A program made the translations under genes and the position numbers. This document shows positions 45,556 through 56,815 of a stretch of 64,000 nucleotides of DNA, one piece after another. Origin of the DNA: Cyanidioschyzon merolae. Taxonomy: Eukaryota. The stretch lies in assembly GCA_000091205.1 (NCBI GenBank), contig AP006502.2, one strand, 5' to 3'. Each line of letters opens with the position of its first letter. Within the stretch, counting starts at the first letter, position 1. A model generated the notes under the pieces. That model did no database searches and was not told where the DNA came from. It saw only the letters and a list, made by a program, of their open reading frames with translations.

Positions 45556-46563
45556 AACACTCGTTCGTCGTCTCCAGCGCGGCTACTTCCCATAACCGTG
45601 TCCAGTTAAAACCGTATCAGTGCAGCACTGTTCGGACTCGTGCAAGTCAAAGCGCCTCACGGTTCAGTCTTCCAGCAACTCGGTACCAGTGCATACCGTA
45701 TGCATCAGCATCTCGCGCACGGCGTTGCCACTCTAGAAGGTGACCGTTTTTCAGGCGCGCCCTGTGCATTCCGCCGCCATGCGCTGGGATCCGGGAATCG
45801 CAGCGGCCGCCGCCGTTGCCTCAGCACACCGTGCAGCGATGATGGGTGCTCTGGAGGCGCACAACTCCGCAGCTGCTCAAGTTGGTATCTCTTATGATTC
45901 TCCGAGGGCAACGGGCGATATTTAGGTGAACATGAGCTCGAGGCCGTGTTCAGGGGCTTGCAGGGACCTGGATCGAGTAATTGATGGCAATGTGCTGAAC
46001 TTGCACCGGCTTGAACGCCGCGTGCACCTGCAGAGGCTCGTTGCGGAACGTCAGCGTTGGAGCTGGGCAACGCTATCGGATGAGGGCGCGTAGAGTTCCG
46101 TCGCAGAGCGGGCTGTGCAGGTGTTGGGTGTCAGACGCGAGTTCGAAGCGATGTAAGGTAGTATGCTGCTCGTTGTTTGACGCTGGACGGAATCCAACTA
46201 TCATCGTAGTCAGCTGGGAACGCGCGTCGGACACACCAACAGGGAACGCTGCCGCATATGGAAGCACAACTACCGTCGACACCTGCTGCGTATGAAGACT
46301 GGACAAGAGCGCTCCTAGCGTTCGTACGACATTACTTCAAAGTATATTCCTATCGGAGAGCACGCTTGTCGCACAGCGTTCTGTACACGGCACAGCGCTT
46401 CAGAACCTTTCGTACCGTGAGTAAACTGTTTTCGACAATCCTATTTACGACCTAGTGGCTTGGATCGCGATACGAGCGCACTGCATGCTGTTACCTCAAC
46501 AGCTTCGCTAGTCGATATAGACGTCCATTCCGGTCCTCATGGACGATTCGTGCTCGGCTCAAT

Positions 46564-49302
46564 TTATTCAGGGGGCGGTATACTGAAAGGCACGGTCTGC
46601 ATAACATTTTGCTCATTCCGAACGATGTTAGCTACGACCATATTCGCCAACATGGCCAGCTCTGGCGGAACTGCGGCGGATAATGCCAAGCCGCTCAGAA
46701 GCCGATGGACACCAAGGCTCTGCAGGGTTGCCCGGCCAGTTGGCGTAGCGCTCAAATTACACAATGCAGCTAATGCATACTGTTGTGATTCAATATCGAC
46801 GCTCTGGGTCGCATATTGAGCAAAGTAGGTACCAGCACCCAGCTTGAGCAAGTGTGGATGCAAGTCGACGTTGTTGGTCAGTTCAGCGAGAGCCAGCAGC
46901 GCCGCTCGAGCCGTCTCTGGATCCGTTCTTCGCTGCGCAACAGCGGAAGCAAGCACAGGCAGACCGTTGGCCTGAGCGATTCGAATACTGTTCTCGATCT
47001 GTTCTGCGAAAAGAGACAGGGCACGCACGCCATATCGACGCACGCTGGGGTCCGGGTCGGTTGCCAGACGGACGGCTGCTTCGACACCGCCAGCTTGCGC
47101 TGCCATCACCCGGGACAGCCCCCCGGTAGAGACATTAAAGAGTGCTCGTGCCAACTCTCGACGCAACGAGTCGTTGTTTCCAATCACCTCTGCTTGTACC
47201 TGATTACCAGACGCCTGCGCCCAGAGTGTTGGCAGCTTCATCAAGATGCGCAAAGCACCGCGAGATCCCAGCAGATCCAACTTGGCGTTGTCTATGCGCG
47301 AGAGATTGGCTATTGTGTGTACAAGTATCTGTGCTTCATTCGTTGACAGGCTTAAGCGTCCCTGCAAAATGCCATACAACGCTTGACAAAGCCCCTGGTT
47401 TGCTAACAAGTACAACGTATCGCTGTCCTCACTGAGTTGCCCAATGAGGCGCAGGAGCGAGCGGCATGTCGGCGAAGGCACACGAGAGGTCACGCCCTCT
47501 GCATCTGGGACGCAATCCGCTAAGCGCCGCACAAGGAACGATGCATCGCGCGCTATTAGCTGAACTCGTATTCGGGCGGATTGCATCATGACGGCAAAAG
47601 CGTCCAATGCTGCTGCTCCAACCGTGGCATGCGGCGGCCGGAAGCGATCAATCCCCTCGAAGGTTTCAGCTATGCGAAGCAATTCCCGATCAGCGCCATG
47701 GAGGAGGAATGCACGGCTCAGGTGTTCGCCCGGAGCTCCCGGGACTGAACACAGCGCCGCAATTGTTTTGCATGCGGCACGCTGGGGAAGCTCCATCTGG
47801 GCTGCGTCTCGCTCTGGACCTGTGTCGTTGCGACCGCTGAGATTCTCACGGAGCACGTCGAGCAGTGTCTCTGGGATGTGACATTTCTCGAAACGATTCG
47901 CTGCTCGCATATCAATAGCGGACGTCGTGCCAGGGCTCTTCGCGAATGCTGCATCCTGCAGTATGCGGAGCGCCATGGTGCGCAGTCCCGGCTCGTCCGA
48001 TCGTGCGATGACTCGACCAAGTCGCTCCAGTGCCTCCTCGCTGGTCAGGGCGGCCAGCATGGGAGCTTGGTTCGCAAGCGAACGAAGACCAGAAAGCGCG
48101 TACTGTGCAACGCTGGAATCATCTGACTCTAGCGCAGACAAAAGTTCCCGAAGAAAGTTCCGCTTCGGGGTGGCAAAAGCTGCGAGCCTTGAGACGTTCG
48201 CTATGCACAGTATGAGCGCTCTTTCGGTCTCTCGAATTTGCGCTTGTGTTGAAATCAGCATGGTTGTGTTCTTTTGTGCCTCATGAACGCTGGCCAAAGC
48301 ACAAGCGAGCGTCTTCATGAGGCGTGTTTCATCGGCTGAGGTCGCTGTGCTCCAAATGCTTTCACTTAGTGCGAGATTGGCAAGAATCCGTGCAACCTGC
48401 TGAATCAGCGGTGCGTTCAGTTGAGACCAATCTACTGGCTTCCGCTGGCGCCCGAAAAGGAACAAAAAGCCGCTAGTCATTCCGCCACACTGCGCAGCGA
48501 CACCTGCATCCCGGTTGAGGCAATGCAGGAGACTCCGCAACAGCGGTGTATCTCTGAGCTGCGAGTGGGTTTGTTTGTTCCGCACTATTTCCCCCAGAAT
48601 CTCCAGCAACGTCGTGCGCAAGTCAACGTCTATGTCCGGACGTTCCAACGTCTGGGCAAGGACTCCCCCGACTCCACAAGAGGCGAGTTCCACGGCAGTG
48701 CCCTGCTGCACAGCATACTGGAGGATTTCGTTCGCAGCCTCTTTAGCCGCCGCAAGTTCGGAACTTTTCACCACATCCATGAGCTCCCTGATACGTTTCG
48801 TGCAAGTTTCATCTGTTCGTGGGGAGCTCGTACCTGTGGACGCTGCACCACCGGGCCCGGTGTTCACGCCCGCGATCGTGATCGACTCTGAACTCGCGAC
48901 GCCGAGGTTCGCGCTCAGACCTGTCGGAAAGCCATAGAGTGCCACAAACGTGCAAGTTCCTACACTCAGCGCAAACTGCAACAAGCGCTTCGCGGTACCG
49001 TGCAAGCCACCAACAGCTGGACTCTGCGTGAGCGGGCGTGACTGCCACGGGAAAGCAGCACCTTGCCTAGGCCCTAGTCGCGCCGTCGTTTCCGTCCTAA
49101 ACCCTAGCGCTTGCTGCGAACTCTTTCCCAGCAACTTCTGCAGCGGACGCGCGATAGGCAACCGCTGCACAGACTGAAGCCTCCATAAAGTGAGCATGAT
49201 CGCGGGACCATGCAAGCGCAGCCCCAGTTCGCAGCAGAAGCTGCAGCGATGAATAGCGTATGGGAATTGGCTCCGCTTCCGCGCGGAGCAGGGCGTGTGC
49301 AT
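46564..49302 (-). CDS. Armadillo/HEAT-repeat protein (912 aa)
   Basis: 2.7-kb uninterrupted ORF with recurring ~40-aa helical repeats rich in L/A (e.g. ...ALSGLRSLANQAPMLAAL..., ...ALLALAELTNNVDLHPHLLKLGA...). Confidence 0.55.
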   Translation of the reverse strand: MHTPCSARKRSQFPYAIHRCSFCCELGLRLHGPAIMLTLWRLQSVQRLPIARPLQKLLGKSSQQALGFRTETTARLGPRQGAAFPWQSRPLTQSPAVGGLHGTAKRLLQFALSVGTCTFVALYGFPTGLSANLGVASSESITIAGVNTGPGGAASTGTSSPRTDETCTKRIRELMDVVKSSELAAAKEAANEILQYAVQQGTAVELASCGVGGVLAQTLERPDIDVDLRTTLLEILGEIVRNKQTHSQLRDTPLLRSLLHCLNRDAGVAAQCGGMTSGFLFLFGRQRKPVDWSQLNAPLIQQVARILANLALSESIWSTATSADETRLMKTLACALASVHEAQKNTTMLISTQAQIRETERALILCIANVSRLAAFATPKRNFLRELLSALESDDSSVAQYALSGLRSLANQAPMLAALTSEEALERLGRVIARSDEPGLRTMALRILQDAAFAKSPGTTSAIDMRAANRFEKCHIPETLLDVLRENLSGRNDTGPERDAAQMELPQRAACKTIAALCSVPGAPGEHLSRAFLLHGADRELLRIAETFEGIDRFRPPHATVGAAALDAFAVMMQSARIRVQLIARDASFLVRRLADCVPDAEGVTSRVPSPTCRSLLRLIGQLSEDSDTLYLLANQGLCQALYGILQGRLSLSTNEAQILVHTIANLSRIDNAKLDLLGSRGALRILMKLPTLWAQASGNQVQAEVIGNNDSLRRELARALFNVSTGGLSRVMAAQAGGVEAAVRLATDPDPSVRRYGVRALSLFAEQIENSIRIAQANGLPVLASAVAQRRTDPETARAALLALAELTNNVDLHPHLLKLGAGTYFAQYATQSVDIESQQYALAALCNLSATPTGRATLQSLGVHRLLSGLALSAAVPPELAMLANMVVANIVRNEQNVMQTVPFSIPPPE

Positions 49303-49414
49303 CCCTCGATCCGCCCCGGGCGAGCGTGCTGCATGTCTTTTACGTACAGAACTGTTCTACCTAGAGCGCATCCCCGGATGATTATCCAGATACCTGTCAA
49401 ATAAACAAAAAATG

Positions 49415-50800
49415 TCCTGGGACCATATAGGATAAATTAATACTCATATGTAGACACCTCTCCGCCCTTTTCGACTCGCAGACTGTTACGCATTCAGTTT
49501 TGTCCAGACAACCTTCGAGCCTGAGAGGATACCCCGCGAAGTTGGATCGCGTCAGCTCCGCGGGTCCCGTCCTCAGCACCAATGATCGCCTGATGTTTAT
49601 GGCAGCATTAAAGTACCGGTTCATGAACTTCGTGTGGGCTCTGGCGCTGGTTGCGCTCATCAATGCAAGAATTGCGGGAACTCTCGTACTCTCTGTACCA
49701 TTTGATACTCGGTCAGCTCTCTGTGCGTTTCGATCGCAAAAGCGCTTCGCGGGCACTTCTCCAGGTCGACCTTCTGAAGTGGAGACCCCAGCTCACCCTT
49801 TTGTTTATTTTAAAACGAGCGAACTTGTTTGTTCGTTTTGGTGAGGACGTTCCCGGAAGCGGGAAAGACTTGCGGATGCAAGACCGGATGTATTCTGGTA
49901 TCACTGTGCGCTGAACGCTTAAGCGATTCTACCAATGGAGCGCTCAATAGGCTTAATTAAAGAAAAGCGTCCTTCGATGCGGTTGAACCACGGAACATAC
50001 GGAGGAATGCAAAGCAGTTCTACTCCGATAGAATCGGCAACAGCTCCAACGCAAGGGGAATAGAGAAATGCAACGTTGTCCAATAGAAAAGCGTCGCCAG
50101 ACGTCAGGGGAAAGTCTTCAATGGCTCGACGTAATGGGCGCTGTTGTATGAGTCTTCTCTACGAGCGAAACTGAGGCCGTAAAATGAATTCACCCCAGCT
50201 AGAACAGAAGATGGTGTCGTCATTCTCCGCGAGTTCAACCGTACATTCAGCAGGCGCCCAGATCTGCGAGTACCCATATACGCTCCGACCGTTTCATCCA
50301 AGGCAAGTCTCATCGAATGAAAGAACAGACCGACTTCACTCTGCCTCAGATCGATAGCGACGTTCCTGGAAACTGTCGTTGCGATTTCGATGGAGGACGG
50401 TCGTTCATGGCATTGGACATTTTCGCGACTGTATCCCAGTGTTTTTAGGACCATACGAACTAGCTATTGAGAAACAGATACGCCGTTGGCGGCTACCACT
50501 GTCGCTTTTGCTTTCCGTAAGGTGATCAACTGGTCGTTTGCTGCCATTTAACGCAGTCAGTCTTTAAGAATATCGGACATTGTCGCAGAGCGCATATTCA
50601 GGGTTCTTTCAGTGTTCCTTAGGTATCTGAGTTCTTTTACGTGGATGACCTGATGGAGGAATGCAGTCCTCCTTACACACGTCAGTAAAGAATATATATA
50701 TCCTGCAGGAAATTTTTCTACGATCTATAGAGTACATTGCATATTGACACTGATCTCCTGGTCGTCACCGCGAAAAAACATTCAATGACAAGCAGCAGTG
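49415..50800 (-). mobile_element. Long copy (C) of the TnpB/Fanzor-like element, degenerate. Its 3' terminus lies ~110 bp upstream of the ARM-repeat gene ATG
   Basis: Peptide FMNRYFNAAINIRRSLVL on the minus strand. About 1.4 kb is collinear with copy A, including upstream blocks (FFHSMRLALDETVGAYMGTR matches A's FFQSMRLPSDKTVSAHMGTR). Confidence 0.55.
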
Positions 50801-50885
50801 CTGGAACACAGTGAGTTGAGGACGATCAACGGAATGCTTGCTCGTATAATCTTTCATCTCAAGTGTTTTGCCCCTCTGCTGCGCG

Positions 50886-51430
50886 TCATCAAATGCTTTT
50901 TCGTGCTTTCTAGCAGACGCGTATGAACTGCGTTTGTTCTCAAAAACAAAACATATAAGGAAAAAATTATGGACATAGAATTCGGGGATCCTGGAGGATC
51001 GCCATCCCCGAGTTCCAGAGAGAAACTGAAAAATTTCCCTCTCGCCAACCATCGAGCGAAGAAGAGCTAGTGATCGAGAAGAAAAAGAAAATGAAATGCG
51101 GAGATAGGCGAAAAATCGTGTTTAGCTCACGGGACGGTGACGGGATTGTAGTGGCGCGGAGGGCACAAGTTCGCAGAAGCCTTGTAATGTTGAGTTCGAC
51201 TAAAGCGAATAATCGTGTAGAGTTCATGAACCGAGGACTTAACGCTTCCATCAATATCAGACGATGTGTAGCGCTGAAGGAATTAGCCTACGTACTTCGT
51301 GGGGGAGCCTCTCAGGCTCGAAGTGAACAAGAGAAACTGAAATCGATAGCGGGGAGTTCGTCAAAAAAGGCCGGAAGCGCCTGCTAGTTGATGTGTATAT
51401 GCACTCTGTGGTCGCGAAACCGATTTCGTA
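50886..51430 (+). mobile_element. Short, internally deleted copy (D), head-to-head with copy C (~90 bp between their 5' ends)
   Basis: ORF MIEKKKKMKCGDRRKIVFSS...NRGLNASINIRRCVAL plus the 3' module ctctcaggctcgaagtgaacaag...gcgcctgctagttgatgtgtatatgcac. The 5' junction is aaatgctttttcgtgctttctagc. Confidence 0.5.
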
Positions 51431-51444
51431 TCATCGTCCATACA

Positions 51445-51690
51445 CGTAACTCGAATGTACTACAAAGTTTAGGTCTTTCCCGTTTTAGCCAGGGCAAGCA
51501 TTTGCGGATATTTTTTCCGCGACTACTTCCTTTCCCTCTCTCTGATCTCCGACTTTAAAATGCGTAGGTCTCTCTTTCCCCTCAGCTCTGCTGTTGCGAA
51601 TCGAAGGAGGTTGATGGCATCGTTCAAGTTCGGACGACACAACACTATGCTGTATCCAATGCATTTAATTTACAGGTAAAATTTGCACTC
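51445..51690 (+). repeat. Copy 1 of a ~260-bp dispersed repeat (X); second copy at 56558-56815
   Basis: Shared blocks: actaaagtt(t/c)aggtct(t/c)t(t/c)cc, ccgac(t/c)t(t/c)aaa(a)t(g/a)cg(t/c)(a/g)g(g/c)tctct..., aatc(g/a)aagga(g/t)gttga(t/c)ggca(t/g)cg(t/c)tcaagt(t/c)c, cagg(t)a...atttg. Confidence 0.5.
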
Positions 51691-53626
51691 AACGCACCGC
51701 TTCCCGGTTCCATCTTCTCGATTGGATGCAGCATCGGTGCGCCCATTGCGGTGGTGATACTAGGCTTTGGTCTGGTCTTCCCGTATGTCCATCCGAATGC
51801 TTCCACTTCCTCATGCTGTGCTGTAGCTCGTAGAAAATTGCTCGACCGCTCGGGACATGTCCTTGAGCGGTAGAGAGGCTCGCCTCAATGCCCTCCTCCG
51901 TTCTCGTATCCGGTGCTGTACTCTGTGATCACGCCCTTATGCTAAGCGATCCCCGCGTCGAGCGCCCTCTCCGCTGCACATGCAAGGACACGCGGTTTCA
52001 TTCGAAAAAGAACTTGTGGAACATGGAATTCCCCATGACGTCAAAAGTAGTCGAACGACAATTCCTACTGGAGACCGACACAAAAAATAAGATATTTCGA
52101 CGCTGTATTTGTGAAAAGCGGCAGCGCTCTCTCCAATGGAAGCCATCCCTGCGATAACGAAAGCCCGAGTTCAAGACCGTTTCCTAAGCGAACGTAATAA
52201 ACTGGAGCATCTCGGAGCAAATAGCGTGAGAGGTAATGCTGCCGTTGAGTTGCATTTATTTTTCGGCCACAAAGGGTGAAGGATTGGCTCATCGAACGGC
52301 ATCGATTATTAGACGTGAGAATTTTTGTGAAATCTACGCACGAGCATGTGAGCAAGTCATCAGGAGGCAACGTCGAGTTTCTTTCCTCGCCCAACGAGAG
52401 GCGCGAATGGCGCACCCTCGAATCGCCTTCAACCAGCATGATTGAAAACCTGAACCATAAGTGATTTGAGTATGTGACTCGTATGGAAAGAAGAAGGGAG
52501 GAGGCTTTTACGAGTGTACTGGACAATTATATCTCTTGTTTACGAAGCATGTTCGATGGCATCGCGTCTCCTATTGAAATCGATGACGTAACGAAGTCCA
52601 GTGGCACAGCGTCAAATGCGCCACTCCAAAGAGCGCGACCTAGAATCCTGAAATTCGTTATGAATCCATGCGCCTTTACTTCAGAACTTTGGATCTCGAG
52701 GCTGTACTTGTAAGAAAGTTCAAGAAAATATTCAAGGCAGGAACAGAACGAAGAGTTCAATGTTGCAGGTTCATCTGACATAGGGTAGATGCCGTGGGGC
52801 CCACTCAGTCTCACTGAATAACTTGCAGGCTCGGTTTCGCCACAGCAGATCCTGCACGAAACATTCATATTGGTGAGCTTGCACAAATGGCATTTGGATG
52901 CATTCGGAAAACACGGACCGCTAGCATTGATCCAATGCACACAGTTCCCGTTCCTGGACGCTGGACGGCCGTTCATGTCGGCGGTCGACCAGCTCCACAG
53001 CGTGCAGCTTGCGCATCTGCCTGCGCATCAAGGATGAATGGCGAATCCGAAACAGTGTCGATGCGTTTCCGGATGCCGTTGACGTGCCCCATGAAGCATG
53101 CCGGGCAATCGCATTCGAAGTATAGCCATCGCGAACGCGCTTCTATGGGGTCATCAGGCATCGGGCCGCATTTGTGATCCAACACTTGGTCGTCGTCGAT
53201 CATTCTTGGACCTCTCTGCCCCAAATCCGGTATCCCTATGTGCCTTGTACCCTTCTTCGTTGCATCTAGAGAAGATCACCAGCAAAGACACCTCTGGAGT
53301 GCTTGCGCTCAACAGCGGCATTGATGCCGCCAACGGGGCTTCCCGCGTTTAATGATTCCGCGACACCTGCGCTGCGGCAGGACCAAGGTCAGTAGCAGTT
53401 TTGGGTTTCGTGCGCCGCCCACAGAGGGTACTTCCACGCACGCGCTCTGTGGGTGACTTTTCCAGCCAGTGCAGCTGCTCAGGCTTTCGCGCCAAGCGCG
53501 TATCTGCCTGTAGTGGAGCGTACTCTCGGGGGTGAAACCTGGTCCGGCGCAGGCGCTTTTGCGTCCTGGAAAGAACGCCCACGTGCGTAGCAGCACGCCC
53601 TCTGCCGGGCTGCTTCCAAAGCTCCA

Positions 53627-56104
53627 ATGGACCGGAACGTTCAGGCTAGTTTCCAGTTGGATGATCTTTGGCTCACACTCCAGCCTGGAGGTGCCTCGGA
53701 ATCAGTCTTTCGACGTGTTGAGTTCGTTTTTCAGGCCGTTCTAGAGGGGCGGGAGAGTTTTCGCGGTGTTGGACTCCGCCTCCCTGAGCTTATAGACTGC
53801 ATATTCGGATTCCAGGACAGATCGCGGGGGTCTTGGAGTGAAACTGTGTCTGGTTGGCTCCCAGATTGTGAACGTCGCGCAGCACGTCCCGGGGACGCAG
53901 ACGCGCTTGTTTCGCTATTAGAGCCTCGCGGACCGCTCTTCCAGACACTGCTTTGTCACGACGAACGATACACCTATGATTTTCCGCTACAAAACTTGCC
54001 TCAGCCGCTTTTAGACGAAATCGCTGCGGTGCTCAGTGGCGAAGACGCGAATGTACGCGCTGCTGTGGCAGCGTCGCCACACCCAGATCGGAAACCCGAG
54101 AACCTCCCTACTGGAGAATACTCCCCGTTAGCCTACTATTTGTCAGCACACGTGACCGACCCCACTCACGATACCGTTCGAATTGGCGCTGCCCGATACT
54201 ACCTGCTCTGCTTCCTGGCCTATCCGGTGTATGCTCGCCATCCAACGGTCAATGAGCGCTTCACCTCGGCCTGGGACACCTCCGCTCGTCAGCACATATA
54301 CGAGCGCGTGCTGTTGGCCTTCCTCCAGGAATTCGCGTCACTGCAGCAGCTGCTTCATCAGCATGTATCATTTGAGCGTTCTGCCGCAACTACACTGTCT
54401 GTCGCTGACCTTTTCGTCCACGCATGGGTTGCGTTCTGGTTTCACTGGAATGGAGAGCTTTGGCCCTGGAATGGATGGCACGACGCAGTAGCCAATGACT
54501 GGGGCCAAATGCAGCTCGCTCGCTATCGCGAGCGACACAGCGTTCCATCGCTGCTGACCATGAAATGTCAACGCTTGGCGATGATGCACGTCATGGGGGT
54601 TTTCGAGACCCACGCTGATCAGGTCGAGCGATGGAGTGGATGCCAGCACATCATCAATCAAGATCGCGTGCCCGTGAGACATTCCGAACCATTTGCTGGA
54701 GAGTCTTCGGCATCGCGCGATACGGGCGTCCCGCGGAAAATCCCCTCCGCGGGAACACCATCGCTGCAAGTCTACTTGAATATTCCTCTCGGTTTGCAGC
54801 ATGTTGATGCGAGTTGGCGAGCGTGGCATCCAAACCAACTCGGCTCATCGGGGGCGGCGCAACGGACGAATCCACTCCTCCGTTTCCTTCTGATCGTGTT
54901 TTGCCGCTACTTTTGTCGCACAATACCTCGTATGCAGCAAATGTGCATTGATCTGGATGCGTCGACGAATGTGGCCTTTCTAAAGACCATTTCTGCGTGG
55001 CTTTTCCCCTGGGATCAGGCCACGGAGCTTTCAGCGCTTTTGGAAAAGGCACGGGATCAACGGGGACGTCGCGTTGCCCTGCTCCATGGTCTCGCACTAT
55101 TGCATACGCCTTTTGTGGAAGAACCGCGGAAATCGTCCCAATACAAAACGTCTTGCTGGCGACGTGTACTTGCCCTGCATTTTCCGCTCTACGTGCGGTT
55201 GCTTGTGGACATGCTCAACATTCTCGTCCGCTCGCGCTGTCTGCTGCAGAGCCCTGGTGCCCTTGAATTCTACCTGGATTTGCATCGCAGTGCGCAGTGT
55301 CGTGATTGGCTGGCTGATCTTCAGAAGATTGCGCATTCAACGCGAGCAGTCGAGTCTCGACAACAACCATGCATCGAAGCATGGTCGGAATTCCAACACT
55401 CCAGGTGTTCACCGAATCTGTCGGAACTGGCAGGTCTCGATTGTGATGCGTTTCGACAAACGCTGCGTGAGCTTCGGCTGCAGCTAGAGCGACGCTTGCA
55501 TTCCAGCTGGAACACCTCGGCGGTGTTCTTGAGTCGGTTAGCACGAGACCGAGCGGCGCATCTCGTTGAGCCGTGGATTCAACTCGTTGAACCTGCGGAA
55601 TTCCCTGGATCACCGAAGGCACGCGATCCATTGAGCAACGCATCCGTTCAGGCACTCGATGATACCGATTCTCTGGGTGTGATTCATCGGCGACTTCCAG
55701 CGTTATCGCCAGACCGTAGCGTAACGTCGCCAGGAGGTGCTCCACAACACTCAGCAGCGGCGGCGGGCGCGAGGGAGCCGACCACGCCCCCTTCCATGTC
55801 AACTTCGGCGTCAAGTCGGACAGACTCGGAAATGTTACCTCTTGGAGCTCAGATTGCGCTGGGTCGGAAAAAATGCTCTAACCTGGATATCGTGCCTCGT
55901 GGAGATGCATGGAGATGGCCAAAACAGAGCAATGAGTTCGGTCCAGCGCTTGTTCTGGCCCGGCGTCTCGCTCTAAAACTGGAGCAACTTACTGGAGTGT
56001 CGTGGAATCTGCGCTTTTTGGCATCGTATGTGGTGATCGGCTATCTTGCCGTGGGTTTGACACTCTCGCTACTCTGGTTGATGGTCGTTTCCGGAATTTT
56101 CTAG
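53627..56104 (+). CDS. SMPD4-like (neutral sphingomyelinase-3 family) tail-anchored membrane protein, 825 aa
   Basis: YTYDFPLQNLPQP compares with SMPD4 YKFDFPVSYLPGP. The C-terminal NLRFLASYVVIGYLAVGLTLSLLWLMVVSGIF compares with SMPD4 SLRFLGSY followed by a TM. Overall length and the single C-terminal TM match. Confidence 0.6.
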   Translation: MDRNVQASFQLDDLWLTLQPGGASESVFRRVEFVFQAVLEGRESFRGVGLRLPELIDCIFGFQDRSRGSWSETVSGWLPDCERRAARPGDADALVSLLEPRGPLFQTLLCHDERYTYDFPLQNLPQPLLDEIAAVLSGEDANVRAAVAASPHPDRKPENLPTGEYSPLAYYLSAHVTDPTHDTVRIGAARYYLLCFLAYPVYARHPTVNERFTSAWDTSARQHIYERVLLAFLQEFASLQQLLHQHVSFERSAATTLSVADLFVHAWVAFWFHWNGELWPWNGWHDAVANDWGQMQLARYRERHSVPSLLTMKCQRLAMMHVMGVFETHADQVERWSGCQHIINQDRVPVRHSEPFAGESSASRDTGVPRKIPSAGTPSLQVYLNIPLGLQHVDASWRAWHPNQLGSSGAAQRTNPLLRFLLIVFCRYFCRTIPRMQQMCIDLDASTNVAFLKTISAWLFPWDQATELSALLEKARDQRGRRVALLHGLALLHTPFVEEPRKSSQYKTSCWRRVLALHFPLYVRLLVDMLNILVRSRCLLQSPGALEFYLDLHRSAQCRDWLADLQKIAHSTRAVESRQQPCIEAWSEFQHSRCSPNLSELAGLDCDAFRQTLRELRLQLERRLHSSWNTSAVFLSRLARDRAAHLVEPWIQLVEPAEFPGSPKARDPLSNASVQALDDTDSLGVIHRRLPALSPDRSVTSPGGAPQHSAAAAGAREPTTPPSMSTSASSRTDSEMLPLGAQIALGRKKCSNLDIVPRGDAWRWPKQSNEFGPALVLARRLALKLEQLTGVSWNLRFLASYVVIGYLAVGLTLSLLWLMVVSGIF

Positions 56105-56557
56105 TTGCGGCAATGTTTCTTGAGCGTGGCGGGCTTTTGGCAATTTCCGGAATCAGGGATTCGCTTGTAAAAATAGAATGCCACATCTATTCGGGATATG
56201 TGTACATGTTCAGAGCATGCGCCTCACCCGTATTGAGATTGTCCATCGAGAACCTGGTGGGCGGTTTTGGAATCAGAAACCGCCCAGGTGTTTCCATAGC
56301 CCAGGATGACTGGATCGTCTCGCAGCGCTCCGGGATGAAAAGGATCGATGACCGTGAACAACTGCGTACCTTACTGGACTGTACCTGGCGCATGGCGCTC
56401 CTGGGAAGGCCCCTGCTTGCCCAAAGGCGACTGCTGATCAACCAGAGCATGCGGAAGCGCCGAATTCTTTTAAGGCGACGCTTCAACGATCCAACGATAC
56501 GGTTTTGCGCCCCCTACATCCATCGCAACATGAATTGGAACAGTTCCTACAACACGG

Positions 56558-56815
56558 GCGTATGAACTAAAGTTCAGGTCTCTTCCAAGTGTGATTGACA
56601 GCAGCCTTTTTGAGCTCTCTCTACGACGGCTTCCTCATCCCTTCGCCGTCTCCTTTCCGACCTCAAATACGCGGCTCTCTTCTCTCCCTGCACCTCTGCC
56701 CTTAGTAATCAAAGGATGTTGACGGCAGCGCTCAAGTCCCGATTTCGCCGCTTCCGGCTGTTGCCTGCGCATTGCAGGAATAGGTACAATTTGGAATCTA
56801 CGCATGACTTGCTAT
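56558..56815 (+). repeat. Copy 2 of repeat X
   Basis: See 51445-51690. Confidence 0.5.
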
